64,000 bases of DNA. Origin: Myxococcales bacterium. Its GTDB lineage: Bacteria > Myxococcota_A > Polyangia > Polyangiales > Polyangiaceae. Each line of letters opens with the position of its first letter. The first letter of the stretch is position 1. Where the stretch lies: positions 1 to 64,000 of the forward strand of contig JAYTOU010000029.1 of the NCBI GenBank assembly GCA_043747615.1, in the 5' to 3' direction. A program made the translations under genes and the position numbers. The notes under the pieces were generated by a model. The model saw nothing but the letters and a program-made list of their open reading frames with translations, searched no databases and was not told where the DNA came from. Shown in pieces: positions 19,854 through 30,303 of this stretch.

Positions 19854-21374
19854 ATGCGCCCGCGTTTCCATGTCGAAAAATCGACGATCCTGTACGTAGT
19901 TCTCGCGGTGATGGCGACCGCGCCGGCGTGGATCGTGCGCTACCCGCCGATTCAAGATCTGCCGATTCACCTCGCAGCCACACGCGTCGTGCACAGCATG
20001 GGAGACGGAACGTACGGGTTCGACCAGGACTTCGTGCTCACGCTCGGCCGCACGCAGTACGTCATCTATTACATCCTCGCGAGCCTCCTCTCCTATGTGG
20101 TCGGGGTCACCAAGGCGAACATCGTTCTCATGTGCGTGTACTTGGGCGGCACGCCCCTCGCGCTCCGGTCGCTCTTGCGCGCGCTCGGGAAAGACGAGCG
20201 GCTGAGCATCCTCATCGTGCCGCTCCTCTACAACGTGATGTTCTTCTTCGGGCTCCTTCCGTTCCTGCTCGGCATCCCGATCATGTTCTGGGCGCTCGCC
20301 ACCTCGGTCCGTCATTTCGAGCATCCCACCCCGAAAACGGGCGGACTATTGGCGATCTTGGCGGCCGCGCTCTTCTACTCGCACGTCTTTCCGTTCGGAA
20401 TTTTCGGTCTCGGATTTGCGGCAATGTTTCCGTGGACACGTCCACGTCGCTGGATCGTCAGCGGGCTTCCCACCGTTCCGGCGCTGCTCATGCTCATGCG
20501 CTGGACGCTGTTCACCGACGCCGGGAAGCTCTCGCGCGGCGCGCTCTCACCGGGTGCGGAAGATCACGTGCAGCCGCTGAACACGGCGATCCCCGGCGCG
20601 TACCAGTGGCTGACCGACACCTTCCGCGACACGAGCGACGAGCTGACCCTGGTCCTTCTCGTCGGCATCGCAGTGCTCATCACGGGGCTCGCGCAGGGCG
20701 ATCGCGATCCGTCGAAGCCGATCAGTCGTCCGTACGCGCTCCTGCCCGTCGCGTGCATGGTCTTCTACTTCTCCCTCGGTGAAGGCCACGGCTACATCTG
20801 GCTCATCTCTCAGCGCTTCCCGATCCTCTGCTTGATGGTGTCGATCCCGCTCCTGAGGATGCCCACCGGCCTGCGCGGCATGCTCGGAACGTCGCTCGCG
20901 TTCGGCCTCGCGGCGTTCGCCACAGCCAACACGTGTAAGCATTTCATCAAATTCCAGCTCGAAGAAGTGGGCGACATCGACGGAGCGATCGCCGCGATCG
21001 AGCCTAGAAAACACACGGCTGCGCTCATCTACGATCGCCACTCAGAGATCACCAACTGGGCCCCGTTCCTCCACTTCGGCTCGTACGTGCAGGCGGCAAA
21101 AGGTGGCGTGGTCGAGTTCACCTACGCGGGCTACGCGCACTGGCCCTTCGACTTCAAAGCCGGCCGCTACCCGCCCCCCGGCGGCCCGGCGCGCAACCGC
21201 TGGGAGTGGATGCCCGAAGCCGTGTCGATGAGCGAGCTCCTGCCTTACTACGATTATGTGCTCACCCGCGGGAACGGTTTCCATCCGCCGCCGGGCACCT
21301 TCCACATCAAGTTCAAAGGCGACCGCTGGACAGTCTGGGCGAAGGACGCAGCCGGAACTGCCAGCGGACAATGA
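19854..21374 (+). CDS. Polytopic membrane protein, putative GT-C glycosyltransferase
   Basis: PPIQDLPIH after TM1, many TM helices, soluble C-terminal domain; paralogue of 31553..33280. Confidence 0.75.
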   Translation: MRPRFHVEKSTILYVVLAVMATAPAWIVRYPPIQDLPIHLAATRVVHSMGDGTYGFDQDFVLTLGRTQYVIYYILASLLSYVVGVTKANIVLMCVYLGGTPLALRSLLRALGKDERLSILIVPLLYNVMFFFGLLPFLLGIPIMFWALATSVRHFEHPTPKTGGLLAILAAALFYSHVFPFGIFGLGFAAMFPWTRPRRWIVSGLPTVPALLMLMRWTLFTDAGKLSRGALSPGAEDHVQPLNTAIPGAYQWLTDTFRDTSDELTLVLLVGIAVLITGLAQGDRDPSKPISRPYALLPVACMVFYFSLGEGHGYIWLISQRFPILCLMVSIPLLRMPTGLRGMLGTSLAFGLAAFATANTCKHFIKFQLEEVGDIDGAIAAIEPRKHTAALIYDRHSEITNWAPFLHFGSYVQAAKGGVVEFTYAGYAHWPFDFKAGRYPPPGGPARNRWEWMPEAVSMSELLPYYDYVLTRGNGFHPPPGTFHIKFKGDRWTVWAKDAAGTASGQ

Positions 21375-21465
21375 AGCGCCTTAGAACCGCGCCGCCGTTG
21401 ACGAGGCCTCGAACACCGTAGGCCGCAGTGACAAACGCGTGCAGGTGTATTACGACCGACGCACG

Positions 21466-21909
21466 ATGGCTCAGGCGAAATCGACTTCACGTAGCTCCGC
21501 AGGTGGAGCAGTCGGACGGGAGGCGCGTATCGGAAGCGGCGCGCGCGTTCGTGGGCGCATCCACGGCGACGGCGATCTCACGGTCGACGGGCACGTCGCT
21601 GGCGACATCGTCATCCAGGGTCAGCTCACGATCTCCGAGGGGGGAAGCGTAGAAGCCGAATCGGTCGAGGCCGAGAGCCTCACCATCGGCGGGTCGCTCG
21701 AGGGGGACGTCAGGGTCAGCGGCCAAGTTCGCGTGCTCGCGGGCTCGAAGATGACCGGCAACGTCCGCGGCGGAGGCATCGCGATCGACGATGGCGCCGA
21801 GTTCGCAGGCCGCATCGACTGCGAATTCTCACTCCCGGCCGAGCTCGAGAGCGGCGGATCCGCGAGCAGCTCGTCATCAGGTTCAACCGGCGCGTCGCGA
21901 AGGCGCTAG
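21466..21909 (+). CDS. Bactofilin 1
   Basis: IGSGARVRGRIHGDGDLTVDGHVAG..IAIDDGAEFAG beta-helix pattern. Confidence 0.92.
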   Translation: MAQAKSTSRSSAGGAVGREARIGSGARVRGRIHGDGDLTVDGHVAGDIVIQGQLTISEGGSVEAESVEAESLTIGGSLEGDVRVSGQVRVLAGSKMTGNVRGGGIAIDDGAEFAGRIDCEFSLPAELESGGSASSSSSGSTGASRRR

Positions 21910-21924
21910 TAGAAGGAGATCCAC

Positions 21925-22239
21925 ATGGCGAGCACGATCATCGGCGCAGGCATCACCATCGACGGAGAGCTCACGAGCGACGAAGGCATCGTCGTGCACG
22001 GAACGGTGCGCGGAAAGCTCAGCGCAAAAGACGGCGTGTCCGTCGAGCAAGGCGGCGTCGTCGAAGCGGACATCGTCAGCGGACCGCTCACCGTCGCCGG
22101 CGCCGTCACTGGCAACATTCATTCGAGCGATCGCGTCGACCTGCAGCCCGGAGCAAGGGTCGTCGGGAACGTCAAAGCCACACGCATCACCATCGCCGAC
22201 GGCGCCCAATTCAAGGGAAACGTCGACATGGACGTTTGA
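21925..22239 (+). CDS. Bactofilin 2
   Basis: AAGGAG RBS; TIIGAGITIDG..ITIADGAQFKGNVDM. Confidence 0.95.
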   Translation: MASTIIGAGITIDGELTSDEGIVVHGTVRGKLSAKDGVSVEQGGVVEADIVSGPLTVAGAVTGNIHSSDRVDLQPGARVVGNVKATRITIADGAQFKGNVDMDV

Positions 22240-22250
22240 GGGAATAACCA

Positions 22251-22787
22251 ATGGCCGACGTGACCACCGTACTATCGCGCTCGACGCACGTTCGCGGGCG
22301 CGTCTCCGGCGCAGCGAACCTCGAAATCCAAGGGCGGGTCGACGGCGAAGTCGACGTCACGGGCGAGCTCGTCGTCGACACACATGCGCTCGTTGCTGCC
22401 AACCTCACCGCCCGCCGACTCATCATCCGCGGTGCCGTCAAAGGGGATCTCACCGCCGCTGAAGGCGTGGTCCTCGAGGACGGAGCGCGCGTCGTAGGCG
22501 ATGTGCGGGCGCCGCGAATTTCCATTGCTCCCGGAGCGCTCCTCCGGGGCTACGTGCAGACGGGAGCCGGCGCGGCGGCAGCGCCTCGTGCAAAGGCGCA
22601 CGCAGTTCAGCACGTTGCCCGCCCGGTGCCCAAAGCCGCTCCGCCGCCCGCGCGTCCGGTCGTAGCCGTCGCAGCGAAAAAACCGGAGCCGGCCCGCGTC
22701 GCCATTAAATCCGGTCCGCCCGCCCCCGTGGTCCCCGCGCTCCGTAAGGGCGCGAAGAGCGCACTTCACAAGAAGCGCGCTAGCTAA
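22251..22787 (+). CDS. Bactofilin 3 with Pro/Ala/Lys-rich tail
   Basis: Bactofilin domain followed by about 70 aa of low-complexity basic tail. Confidence 0.92.
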   Translation: MADVTTVLSRSTHVRGRVSGAANLEIQGRVDGEVDVTGELVVDTHALVAANLTARRLIIRGAVKGDLTAAEGVVLEDGARVVGDVRAPRISIAPGALLRGYVQTGAGAAAAPRAKAHAVQHVARPVPKAAPPPARPVVAVAAKKPEPARVAIKSGPPAPVVPALRKGAKSALHKKRAS

Positions 22788-22797
22788 GCGAGCGCGT

Positions 22798-23343
22798 ATG
22801 AGCGCGCGTTCTCGGCTTCTCCAGCTCCTTAAGCTTCACTCGTACAAAAAGCGGCGAGTGATCCTTGCGTCGGGCAAGGAGAGCGACTTCTTCATCGACT
22901 GCAAACAGACGGTGCTCACCGCGGAAGGCCACGCGCTTGCGGGCGAGGTCCTCTACGAAGCGCTCTTCCCGCTCGAACATTGCGCGGCTGTCGCCGGCGT
23001 CGAGCTTGGTGGGTGTCCGCTCGCAAGCGCTGTCGCGATGATGAGCTTCCTCCGCGGCTCGCCCATCGACGCCGTTTACGTCCGAAAAGAGGCGAAAGAC
23101 CACGGATCACAGCGTCTCCTCGAGGGAACCTCGCGCCTCAAGCCCGGAGCGCACGTTGCCATCGTCGAAGACGTGGTGACTACCGGTGGCTCGACGCTGA
23201 AGGCCGCCGAAAAAATCACAGCGGCCGGCTACACGGTGAGTGCCGTCATCGCGCTCGTCGATCGCCTCGAAGGTGGCGGCGAAGCAATCGAAGCTGCTGG
23301 CTTCGCGTTCACGTGCATCTACACCCGCGACGATTTCGTCTGA
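22798..23343 (+). CDS. pyrE: Orotate phosphoribosyltransferase
   Basis: LASGKES, VRKEAKDHG, IVEDVVTTGGS motifs. Confidence 0.96.
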   Translation: MSARSRLLQLLKLHSYKKRRVILASGKESDFFIDCKQTVLTAEGHALAGEVLYEALFPLEHCAAVAGVELGGCPLASAVAMMSFLRGSPIDAVYVRKEAKDHGSQRLLEGTSRLKPGAHVAIVEDVVTTGGSTLKAAEKITAAGYTVSAVIALVDRLEGGGEAIEAAGFAFTCIYTRDDFV

Positions 23344-23356
23344 GCGCTCGCTCGCG

Positions 23357-24007
23357 TCACTCGTTGAGCGACGCCTCGATGGTGCGCGCGTCGAACGGTG
23401 TAGCTGCTTCTTGGGAAGGCGCTGCCGGCTTTGAACCGCCCGAGCGAGGCCGAGACGCCTGCCGCGGAGTCGGGTTGTGTTTCGGAAGATGGGCGACGTC
23501 GACCAAGGGGATCGGGAACGTGTTGACGACCGGCGACGCCAGCGGGACCGGCTGAAACGGAGTTTGTACGCCCACCGGCTGCATCGGAACGGCCGTGGTC
23601 GGCGCGTAGATCTGAGGCGCGATCCCGGAGTTGGTTTCGATCGCTGGCTGCTGCTGAAGCTGCTGGAGCGCGGCGTCGGGCAGGATCGCCAGGGCAAACG
23701 CGGTTCGGAGGCGCACCAAATTGTGGCCGCTCAGGAGGAACGCGAGGATCACACCAAGAGCGAGGCCAAGGCTCAGAAAACGAAGCGAGCCGCCTTCGGA
23801 CCCGCTCGCGTCCACGACGACGACCTGCGGCGTGCGCGACGTGAGCAGAGTGGTTGCAGTGGGATTGGCCACGGCCGCATAGGGCTGGGTCGGCAAGTTG
23901 CGCGAGTCCTCGACGACTTCGTGCGCGCGACGAAGCTCGCGGCGGGATCCGGAGACCCCGCCCCTTCGAACTACCGTCAACATCGCTTCGCTGTCGAGAA
24001 CTGGCAT
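23357..24007 (-). CDS. Hypothetical single-TM, Pro-rich protein
   Basis: One TM segment (FLSLGLALGVILAFLL) and a disordered Pro/Gln-rich C-terminus; start at 24007 or 24040. Confidence 0.6.
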   Translation of the reverse strand: MPVLDSEAMLTVVRRGGVSGSRRELRRAHEVVEDSRNLPTQPYAAVANPTATTLLTSRTPQVVVVDASGSEGGSLRFLSLGLALGVILAFLLSGHNLVRLRTAFALAILPDAALQQLQQQPAIETNSGIAPQIYAPTTAVPMQPVGVQTPFQPVPLASPVVNTFPIPLVDVAHLPKHNPTPRQASRPRSGGSKPAAPSQEAATPFDARTIEASLNE

Positions 24008-24049
24008 CGCTTTCCCAGGCGCTGGAATGTAAGTGTTCACCCCCCATTA

Positions 24050-24065
24050 AGCAGGTTTCATGCCC
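24050..24065 (-). promoter_or_regulatory. Putative sigma-54 promoter
   Basis: GGGCATGAAACCTGCT fits GG-N10-GC and lies upstream of the 23357 gene. Confidence 0.5.
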
Positions 24066-24201
24066 TGCGTTCTCCAACCGCTTTACCCGAAAATTCAGGT
24101 GCGATCTGGTGCACCGTTCATCCACGCCATGGACGACGATCGATCCTTATCCGAGCGCAATCGCCGTCGCTCGGGCTAGACTGCCACTCTAGGAGTTTAC
24201 T

Positions 24202-25047
24202 TTGTCCGAGATTCGACGAATTGACGTTCTCAGTGATTCGACGGGGGAAACCGCGGAGAAAGTGGTCCGCGCCGCCATGCTTCAGTTCCCCCATTCGGGC
24301 GCTCAGGTCCGGCTCCACACGCGCGTGCGTACGAAGGAAGCCGCCCGTCCCGTCCTCGAACGCGCTGGAAAAGAGGGGGCGCTCGTCGTCTTCACGGTCG
24401 TGAGCCCCGAGCTGCGCGAGTACATCCACGCCGCGAGCTACGAGCTCAAGGTAGAGGCGCTCGACCTCATCGGCTCCCTCATCGGAAAGCTCGGTACGTT
24501 TCTCGATCGCCAGCCGATCAACATGCCGAGCGCAATGCTGCCGCTGTCGGACGAATACTTCCGCCGCATCGAAGCCGTCGAGTTCACGGTGAAGAGCGAC
24601 GACGGAAAAGAGCCGCGCAATTTCAAGAAGGCCGATCTCGTTCTCGTCGGCGTGAGCCGGACCTCGAAGACGCCTCTATCCACGCTCCTCGCGCAGCGCG
24701 GGCTCAAGGTGGCGAACCTCCCCATCGTGCTCGGCATCGAGACGCCGCCGGAGCTCGAGGAGGCGCATCAAGAACGGGTGGTCGGCCTGACCATCGAGAT
24801 CGATACGCTGGTCGAAATCCGTAAGGCGCGCTTGAAGCAGCTCGGCATGCCGGGCGACGCAAGCTACGGCCTTCGCGAGCAGGTCAAAGAGGAGCTGGAA
24901 TTCGCTCAGCGCATCTTCCGCGCGCACCCGGCGTGGCCGGTGATCGACGTGACGGGCCGCGCGATCGAAGAGACAGCGGTGATCATTCTCGAGTCGCTCA
25001 AGGACCGCGACGAGCAAGCGAAGAACCTGCGCGCGGCACTCGTCTAA
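24202..25047 (+). CDS. ppsR: PEP synthase/PPDK regulatory kinase-pyrophosphorylase (DUF299)
   Basis: SDSTGETA, YFRRIEAVEF, DDG and GVSRTSKTP motifs. Confidence 0.95.
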   Translation: MSEIRRIDVLSDSTGETAEKVVRAAMLQFPHSGAQVRLHTRVRTKEAARPVLERAGKEGALVVFTVVSPELREYIHAASYELKVEALDLIGSLIGKLGTFLDRQPINMPSAMLPLSDEYFRRIEAVEFTVKSDDGKEPRNFKKADLVLVGVSRTSKTPLSTLLAQRGLKVANLPIVLGIETPPELEEAHQERVVGLTIEIDTLVEIRKARLKQLGMPGDASYGLREQVKEELEFAQRIFRAHPAWPVIDVTGRAIEETAVIILESLKDRDEQAKNLRAALV

Positions 25048-25068
25048 CTACGGAGAGTACTCAGGACA

Positions 25069-25572
25069 CTAGCAGCCGCAGCCGATCAAACAGTTCGGAT
25101 CGCCGCCGCACTCGCTCGCGCACACTTTGTCGCACGTGCCCTTGCCCATCGGAACGACGGGGTTTCCAGCGACGCATCGGCTTTCACCGACCTGCGCGCA
25201 AACCGTCGCTTCCGTCTGGTTCTTGAGCATCTCGGATGCCTGCGCACAGGTCGCGGGCACGCCGAGCGGACAAAGCGAGCCGTTGCACGCGCACTCGATG
25301 TCGAGCGTGCCTCCCTTCACGCGGAAGCCGCAGTTCGGAAAGACGTCGTGGTTGACGACGACAGAGGGGCACAGGCTGTTCACGCTGCAGATCGTCGCGC
25401 CAGTCGTCTGCTCGACGATGCAGTCGACACCCTTGGCGGCGTCCGCGGTGGCCGTGGTCGCATCCGTTGCCGTCCCGACCGCCGCCGTCCCCGCGTCGTG
25501 CGAGCTACCCGTGTTGACCCCGATGCACGCGGTCAGGAAGAGCGAAAAGAGAATTGAGACACGTAACCTCAT
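25069..25572 (-). CDS. Cys-rich lipoprotein
   Basis: Lipobox LTAC; many Cys; ends CASECGGDPNCLIGCGC. Confidence 0.8.
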   Translation of the reverse strand: MRLRVSILFSLFLTACIGVNTGSSHDAGTAAVGTATDATTATADAAKGVDCIVEQTTGATICSVNSLCPSVVVNHDVFPNCGFRVKGGTLDIECACNGSLCPLGVPATCAQASEMLKNQTEATVCAQVGESRCVAGNPVVPMGKGTCDKVCASECGGDPNCLIGCGC

Positions 25573-25630
25573 GCCGTGAGAATGCAGACGACGCGAGGCT
25601 GGGCCAACTTCGGTGTACCTTACGAGGCGC

Positions 25631-26731
25631 ATGCCCCAAGACCTACCCACCGAAGCTCTCTCTCGGCTGACGTCGACCCTCGCGGAAGACGCTATTTTTG
25701 CGCTTGCTTCCTCGCTCACCGTCAACCGCGAGGTTCTCGACAGCGCCATCAAGCGACGGGGAGACGCGCACACCGCGTCGTTCCAGAACCAACCGGTCGC
25801 ACAGATGACCGAGCTCGATGCGTGGACGATCGAGATGGCGCGGGTGATGGCGCCGATTGCACCTCCGGTGTGGCTGCCGATGGCGGATGTCCTCCGCGAG
25901 AAGGTGACCCTCGAAGTGGGCGCGCGCGGGCTCCGGGCGATCTTTTCCTCGAAGCCGAGCGACAAGGACGTGCAACGCGTGAAGAGGCTGGGCACGCTCG
26001 CCGTGCGTGTGCTCCGCGCGGTGCTCGCCGCTGACGGCCCGATCGACGCGGAGGAAGCGCGAACGATCGCCGCGGTCGTCGGGTCCCTCGGGCTCCCGGA
26101 GGCTGACGCGCTGGTGCTCCGTACGGAAGCGCCCGTCGCCGTCGAATCGATGGATGTCTACGGAGAGCTTGAGGTCGGGGTGTCGCGGGGGCTCGTACGT
26201 GGGGCCTGGCTCGCGGCGGCACTCGACTCGCTCGATCCGCGGGAAGAGCAAATCGTTCGCACGCTCGCAAGCAAGCACGGGATCGGTACGCAAGACGTAG
26301 AGCTGCTCAAGGACGAGGCGATCGCCCTCATCGCTCGGCTTCGCGCAGCAGGGCTCGCCGCGGTGGACGCGATCCGCTTCGTTCTCGCCGATCGGGTTCC
26401 CGGAGCGGGAATTCAGCTCGCCGCCAATGTGGGGACGCTCCTCTTGCCGCGTCGTTACCGCGAAGAAATTCTTGCGCAGGTGGCCCAAGGCGCGCCCGTC
26501 GTCCTCGCCAAGCGACACACCACGCTGCCTTCCGACGATCGCGCTGCCGTCATCGGGATAGCGTGGGCAGCCGCGCTACAGGAGGATCCGAGCCTCGCGA
26601 GGCGAGCGCTCCTTCGTGCCCGCGTCGATCGCTTCGCTGCCGACATGGGCGAGCAAGGCGGGCGCGTCCGTCCGATCGTCGAAGCAGCGATCGACGAGGC
26701 CCTTGCCGCCGTCGCCGCCGGGATGCCGTAA
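25631..26731 (+). CDS. Hypothetical protein with TerB-like repeats
   Basis: AVLAADGPIDAEE and AAALDSLDPREE resemble TerB metal-binding helices. Confidence 0.65.
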   Translation: MPQDLPTEALSRLTSTLAEDAIFALASSLTVNREVLDSAIKRRGDAHTASFQNQPVAQMTELDAWTIEMARVMAPIAPPVWLPMADVLREKVTLEVGARGLRAIFSSKPSDKDVQRVKRLGTLAVRVLRAVLAADGPIDAEEARTIAAVVGSLGLPEADALVLRTEAPVAVESMDVYGELEVGVSRGLVRGAWLAAALDSLDPREEQIVRTLASKHGIGTQDVELLKDEAIALIARLRAAGLAAVDAIRFVLADRVPGAGIQLAANVGTLLLPRRYREEILAQVAQGAPVVLAKRHTTLPSDDRAAVIGIAWAAALQEDPSLARRALLRARVDRFAADMGEQGGRVRPIVEAAIDEALAAVAAGMP

Positions 26732-26735
26732 AAAC

Positions 26736-27584
26736 ATGCAAAGTACAATCAAAAATATTGGGTTTCTCGGGGCGGGGAACATGGCCGAGGCTCTCATCAA
26801 AGGTCTCCTGCACGCCGCAGTGCTCGCTCCCGCGCATATCCTGGCGAGCGATCTGAAGGCTGATCGCTTGAAGCACCTCGAGACTACGCACGGCATTCGC
26901 GTCACCACGAACAACCGAGAGCTCATCGACTCGGTCGACGTCCTGGTGATCGCCGTAAAACCGCAGGTCGTAGACAAGGTACTCGGAGCCGTAGGTCAGT
27001 CCGTGAGAAACGAGACGCTCGTCATTTCGGTCGCGGCCGGCGTACCCGTCGAGGCCATCGAATCGCGGCTTCCACCGAATGCTCGCCTGGTGCGCGCGAT
27101 GCCGAACACGCCGGCCACCGCCCTTGCAGGAGCCACGGCGATCGCCGCGGGAACGCACGCCACGGAGCACGATCTAGCGATCGCGCGCGAGCTCTTCGAT
27201 GCCGTTGGGCGCGTGGTCACTCTCGACGAAACCCTGCTCGACGCCGTGACCGGACTCTCCGGAAGCGGGCCTGCGTACGTGATGCTCATCATCGAGGCGC
27301 TCGCTGACGGCGGCGTGAAAATGGGACTGCATCGCGACACCGCGCTCCTCCTCGCAGCCCAGACCGTCTATGGCTCGGCGAAGCTCCTCCTCGAAACAGG
27401 GGAGCACCCCGGTCGCCTCAAGGACATGGTGACCAGCCCCGGGGGCACCGCAATCGCGGGCCTCCACACGCTCGAGTCCGGTGGTCTTCGCACGACGCTC
27501 ATCAACGCCGTGGAGACAGCGAGCAAGCGCTCCGCCGAGCTCGGCGAGCAGATACGGCTCAAGATGCAGCAGCAGAAGAAGTGA
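26736..27584 (+). CDS. proC: Pyrroline-5-carboxylate reductase
   Basis: GFLGAGNMA, AVKPQ, RAMPNT, SGSGPAY and VTSPGGT motifs. Confidence 0.97.
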   Translation: MQSTIKNIGFLGAGNMAEALIKGLLHAAVLAPAHILASDLKADRLKHLETTHGIRVTTNNRELIDSVDVLVIAVKPQVVDKVLGAVGQSVRNETLVISVAAGVPVEAIESRLPPNARLVRAMPNTPATALAGATAIAAGTHATEHDLAIARELFDAVGRVVTLDETLLDAVTGLSGSGPAYVMLIIEALADGGVKMGLHRDTALLLAAQTVYGSAKLLLETGEHPGRLKDMVTSPGGTAIAGLHTLESGGLRTTLINAVETASKRSAELGEQIRLKMQQQKK

Positions 27585-27589
27585 TCGAT

Positions 27590-28405
27590 CTAGCTTCTGC
27601 GCGCGCGGCGAAGCTCGGCGAGCTCGAAGGCAATCGATGCGAGATCCCCCGCCGCGGCGATCATTCCGGACGTCTTGAGCTTCGATCCGCCCACGTCCTC
27701 CCAGTGGTAGAGGGGTACCTCGAGAAATGCGGAGCGCTCGAGCGGCGGGTTCGCGCGGGTTCCGACGAGTAGTCTTCCGAGTAGCTCTACGTCGAACGCC
27801 CAGCGCGATCGGAAGGGTTTTTCGAGCACTTCGCGAAGGAGAGTGCTTGAGCGGAAAAATTTCGCGCCGCACTGTGTGTCGTAAAACGGTGCGTCGAGGA
27901 TGCCCGAAGCGACGGTCGCAAACACCCGCCCGAGGTAGTGACGGGCAGCGCGTCGCCGGATGTCTCGTCCAATCAAGGCGACCCGAGCAGCAGTCACCAC
28001 GCTCACTCCCGTCAGCGTCATCTCGTCGCGGAGGCGAACGAGCTCCTCCGGTGGCGTGGAGAGGTCGGCGTCCGCGTACCCGACGATCACCGGCGCTTCG
28101 GCTTTCTTGGCGAGCGCCGCGAGCATTCCCTGACGCACCGCTTCGCCCTTGCCGCCGTTCTTCGAGAGCCGGAGAAACGCGATATTCGCCTTCCTGGCGG
28201 CGAGCTCACCGAGGACCCGTCCCGTGCCGTCGGACGAGCCGTCGTCGACGAAGAGTAGCTGCACGTCCTTGGCGTCTGCGAGCTCGATGAAGCGCGCGAC
28301 GTCGAGGCGCCTTTCCTCGTTGAAACACGGAACGACGATCAGAGTCGAGTGCACGGCCACCGCCCGCGGGCCTGAGGCGCCTTTGTCGGGGTCGCTCGAT
28401 TCCAT
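27590..28405 (-). CDS. GT2 polyprenol-phosphate glycosyltransferase (DPM/DPG synthase-like)
   Basis: VVPCFNE, VDDGSSD, GKGEAVRQG, DADLST, DTQCGAK and FDVE motifs. Confidence 0.92.
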   Translation of the reverse strand: MESSDPDKGASGPRAVAVHSTLIVVPCFNEERRLDVARFIELADAKDVQLLFVDDGSSDGTGRVLGELAARKANIAFLRLSKNGGKGEAVRQGMLAALAKKAEAPVIVGYADADLSTPPEELVRLRDEMTLTGVSVVTAARVALIGRDIRRRAARHYLGRVFATVASGILDAPFYDTQCGAKFFRSSTLLREVLEKPFRSRWAFDVELLGRLLVGTRANPPLERSAFLEVPLYHWEDVGGSKLKTSGMIAAAGDLASIAFELAELRRARRS

Positions 28406-28464
28406 CGGCGAACACCGTACTAACACATTCAAGTCTCGTCATTTCGCGGTATAAACAGCCCGCC

Positions 28465-30303
28465 ATGCTCTCGCCGAAAACGGCCCGTACGCCGGGGGTG
28501 GTGACCGCATTTTTCGTTTTTACCTTTTTCGTCTTTACCTGCGTTTTCCCGTACATCAGCTCGTTCAACAATCCGAACGAGAACGTCCGCATCTACATGA
28601 CGATGGCGGTAGTGGAAGACCACACGTTCCGCATCGACAACGTGCTCGCGCGCCACGGGTACGTGAACGACATGGCGAAGGCCCCGGACAAGGCGGGCGT
28701 GCCGCACCTCTATTCGATCAAGGCCCCGCTGGTGAGCTACCTCGGCGTGCCGGTCTACTGGGCCTTCACGAAGATCGCGCCGCACTTCGAGCATCCGGTC
28801 CCAACGATTACCTCTAAAACCGAAGACAGAGCGTGGTGGTTCACGGCGGTGACGGCGGTGCTCAGGCTCTTCGTCCTCCAGATCCCGTGCTTCTTGTTCC
28901 TCGTCTGGTACGAGCGCTACTTGCGAGAGGTCAGCAAGGACACAGCGCTCCGCCTCACGGTGGTCGCGGCGGTCGGCCTCGGAACGAATTTTCTCGCCTA
29001 CTCGCTGATGTTCGTCAGCCACACGCTCTTCGGTGTCGCCGCCTTCGTGTCGTTCGCCCTCATCACGCGTGAGCGTACGCGATCTCGAGGGCTGTCTCTG
29101 CGCCGCCGAAAATCGATCGCCTTCTTGGCGGGGCTATTTGCCGGCCTGGCCACGCTCGCCGAGTACCAAGCGTTTCCCGTTTCGTGCGCGCTCGCCCTCT
29201 ACGCCTTCGCCGTTTTCTGGCGGCCGACGCGCCTAGTTCCCTTTCTTGCGGGCGCAGGATTGAACGCCGGCGCGCTGATGTTTTACCAGTGGCGCTGCTA
29301 CGGGAACCCGCTCACTCCTGGCCACAAAATGGCTGAGAATCCAGCGTTCGCAGCGTGGCATCAGCAAGGCTTCTATGGCCTCGGAGAGCCGAGTTGGGAG
29401 ACGTTCAACGGGCTCTCGTTCAGTCACGCGTTTGGATTCTTCGGCACCAGCCCCTTCATGTGGCTCGGTCTACTGGCTGTCCCTTTCGGCATTTTTTTTG
29501 CGAGTGGATTTCCGCGCGAGCGTGAGCAGGGGCGCGTCGCGAACTTCGCCTGGATGTTCGCGATGCTTTGCCTCTGGGTTCCGATCAGCGCGGCGGTGAA
29601 TTGGCGCGGCGGGTGGACGCTCGGTCCCCGATTTTTCGGAGGTGCTCCTCCCTTCTTTGGATTCGGCGCGCTCTTCGCGCTCGAGCATCTCTCGCGTCGC
29701 TCCGGTTTGCGCCGCGGCATTCTCCGGGGGATCGCGGGGGGTCTGGCGATCGCCAGCATCGTGGAGCTCGGCTTCGTGGGCCTCGTCTACAACACCTACC
29801 CCGAGACGGTGACCCGGCCGCTCACCCAGATGGCGCTTCCCCTTGCGCGCGTCGGGTTCGTTCCCCACCACGCTGCGGAGCTCTTCGGCTGGAAATCGAG
29901 CACCTTCTTTTATCTCGTCGTCGGCTGTCTCTTCGTCGCCGCGCTGCTCGCCGCTCTCTGGCCCGCGGGCGACGGAAAAAAAGTTTATGCCCTTCGCCTC
30001 ACGCTGGTGATCGTTGCCTGCGTGCTCGGGCTCCGTCCGGCGTTCAGCGATCCCGAGCCCGACGAGATCGGCGACGGTGCCGGCGATCTGCATTTCTTCG
30101 TTGCGAGCTGGGAGCCTGCCGGGCGCGACGCCCTAAGCCTTCTTCGCCCGGAGGCAGAGCGCTTCGGTCCGCGCGGCCCATGCCTCTGGCATCGCATCGC
30201 CAACCTCGAGCACATCGTTCACATGGATAGCGAGGCCGCCCGCGACGAAGCACGCGCGGGATCTACGCCTGCCTCCTCGTGCAAGTCGGCGCCCTTCGAG
30301 TGA
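28465..30303 (+). CDS. Polytopic membrane protein, putative GT-C glycosyltransferase
   Basis: NPNENVR after TM1, YSIKAP loop, WRGGWTLGPRF, many TM helices. Confidence 0.75.
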   Translation: MLSPKTARTPGVVTAFFVFTFFVFTCVFPYISSFNNPNENVRIYMTMAVVEDHTFRIDNVLARHGYVNDMAKAPDKAGVPHLYSIKAPLVSYLGVPVYWAFTKIAPHFEHPVPTITSKTEDRAWWFTAVTAVLRLFVLQIPCFLFLVWYERYLREVSKDTALRLTVVAAVGLGTNFLAYSLMFVSHTLFGVAAFVSFALITRERTRSRGLSLRRRKSIAFLAGLFAGLATLAEYQAFPVSCALALYAFAVFWRPTRLVPFLAGAGLNAGALMFYQWRCYGNPLTPGHKMAENPAFAAWHQQGFYGLGEPSWETFNGLSFSHAFGFFGTSPFMWLGLLAVPFGIFFASGFPREREQGRVANFAWMFAMLCLWVPISAAVNWRGGWTLGPRFFGGAPPFFGFGALFALEHLSRRSGLRRGILRGIAGGLAIASIVELGFVGLVYNTYPETVTRPLTQMALPLARVGFVPHHAAELFGWKSSTFFYLVVGCLFVAALLAALWPAGDGKKVYALRLTLVIVACVLGLRPAFSDPEPDEIGDGAGDLHFFVASWEPAGRDALSLLRPEAERFGPRGPCLWHRIANLEHIVHMDSEAARDEARAGSTPASSCKSAPFE

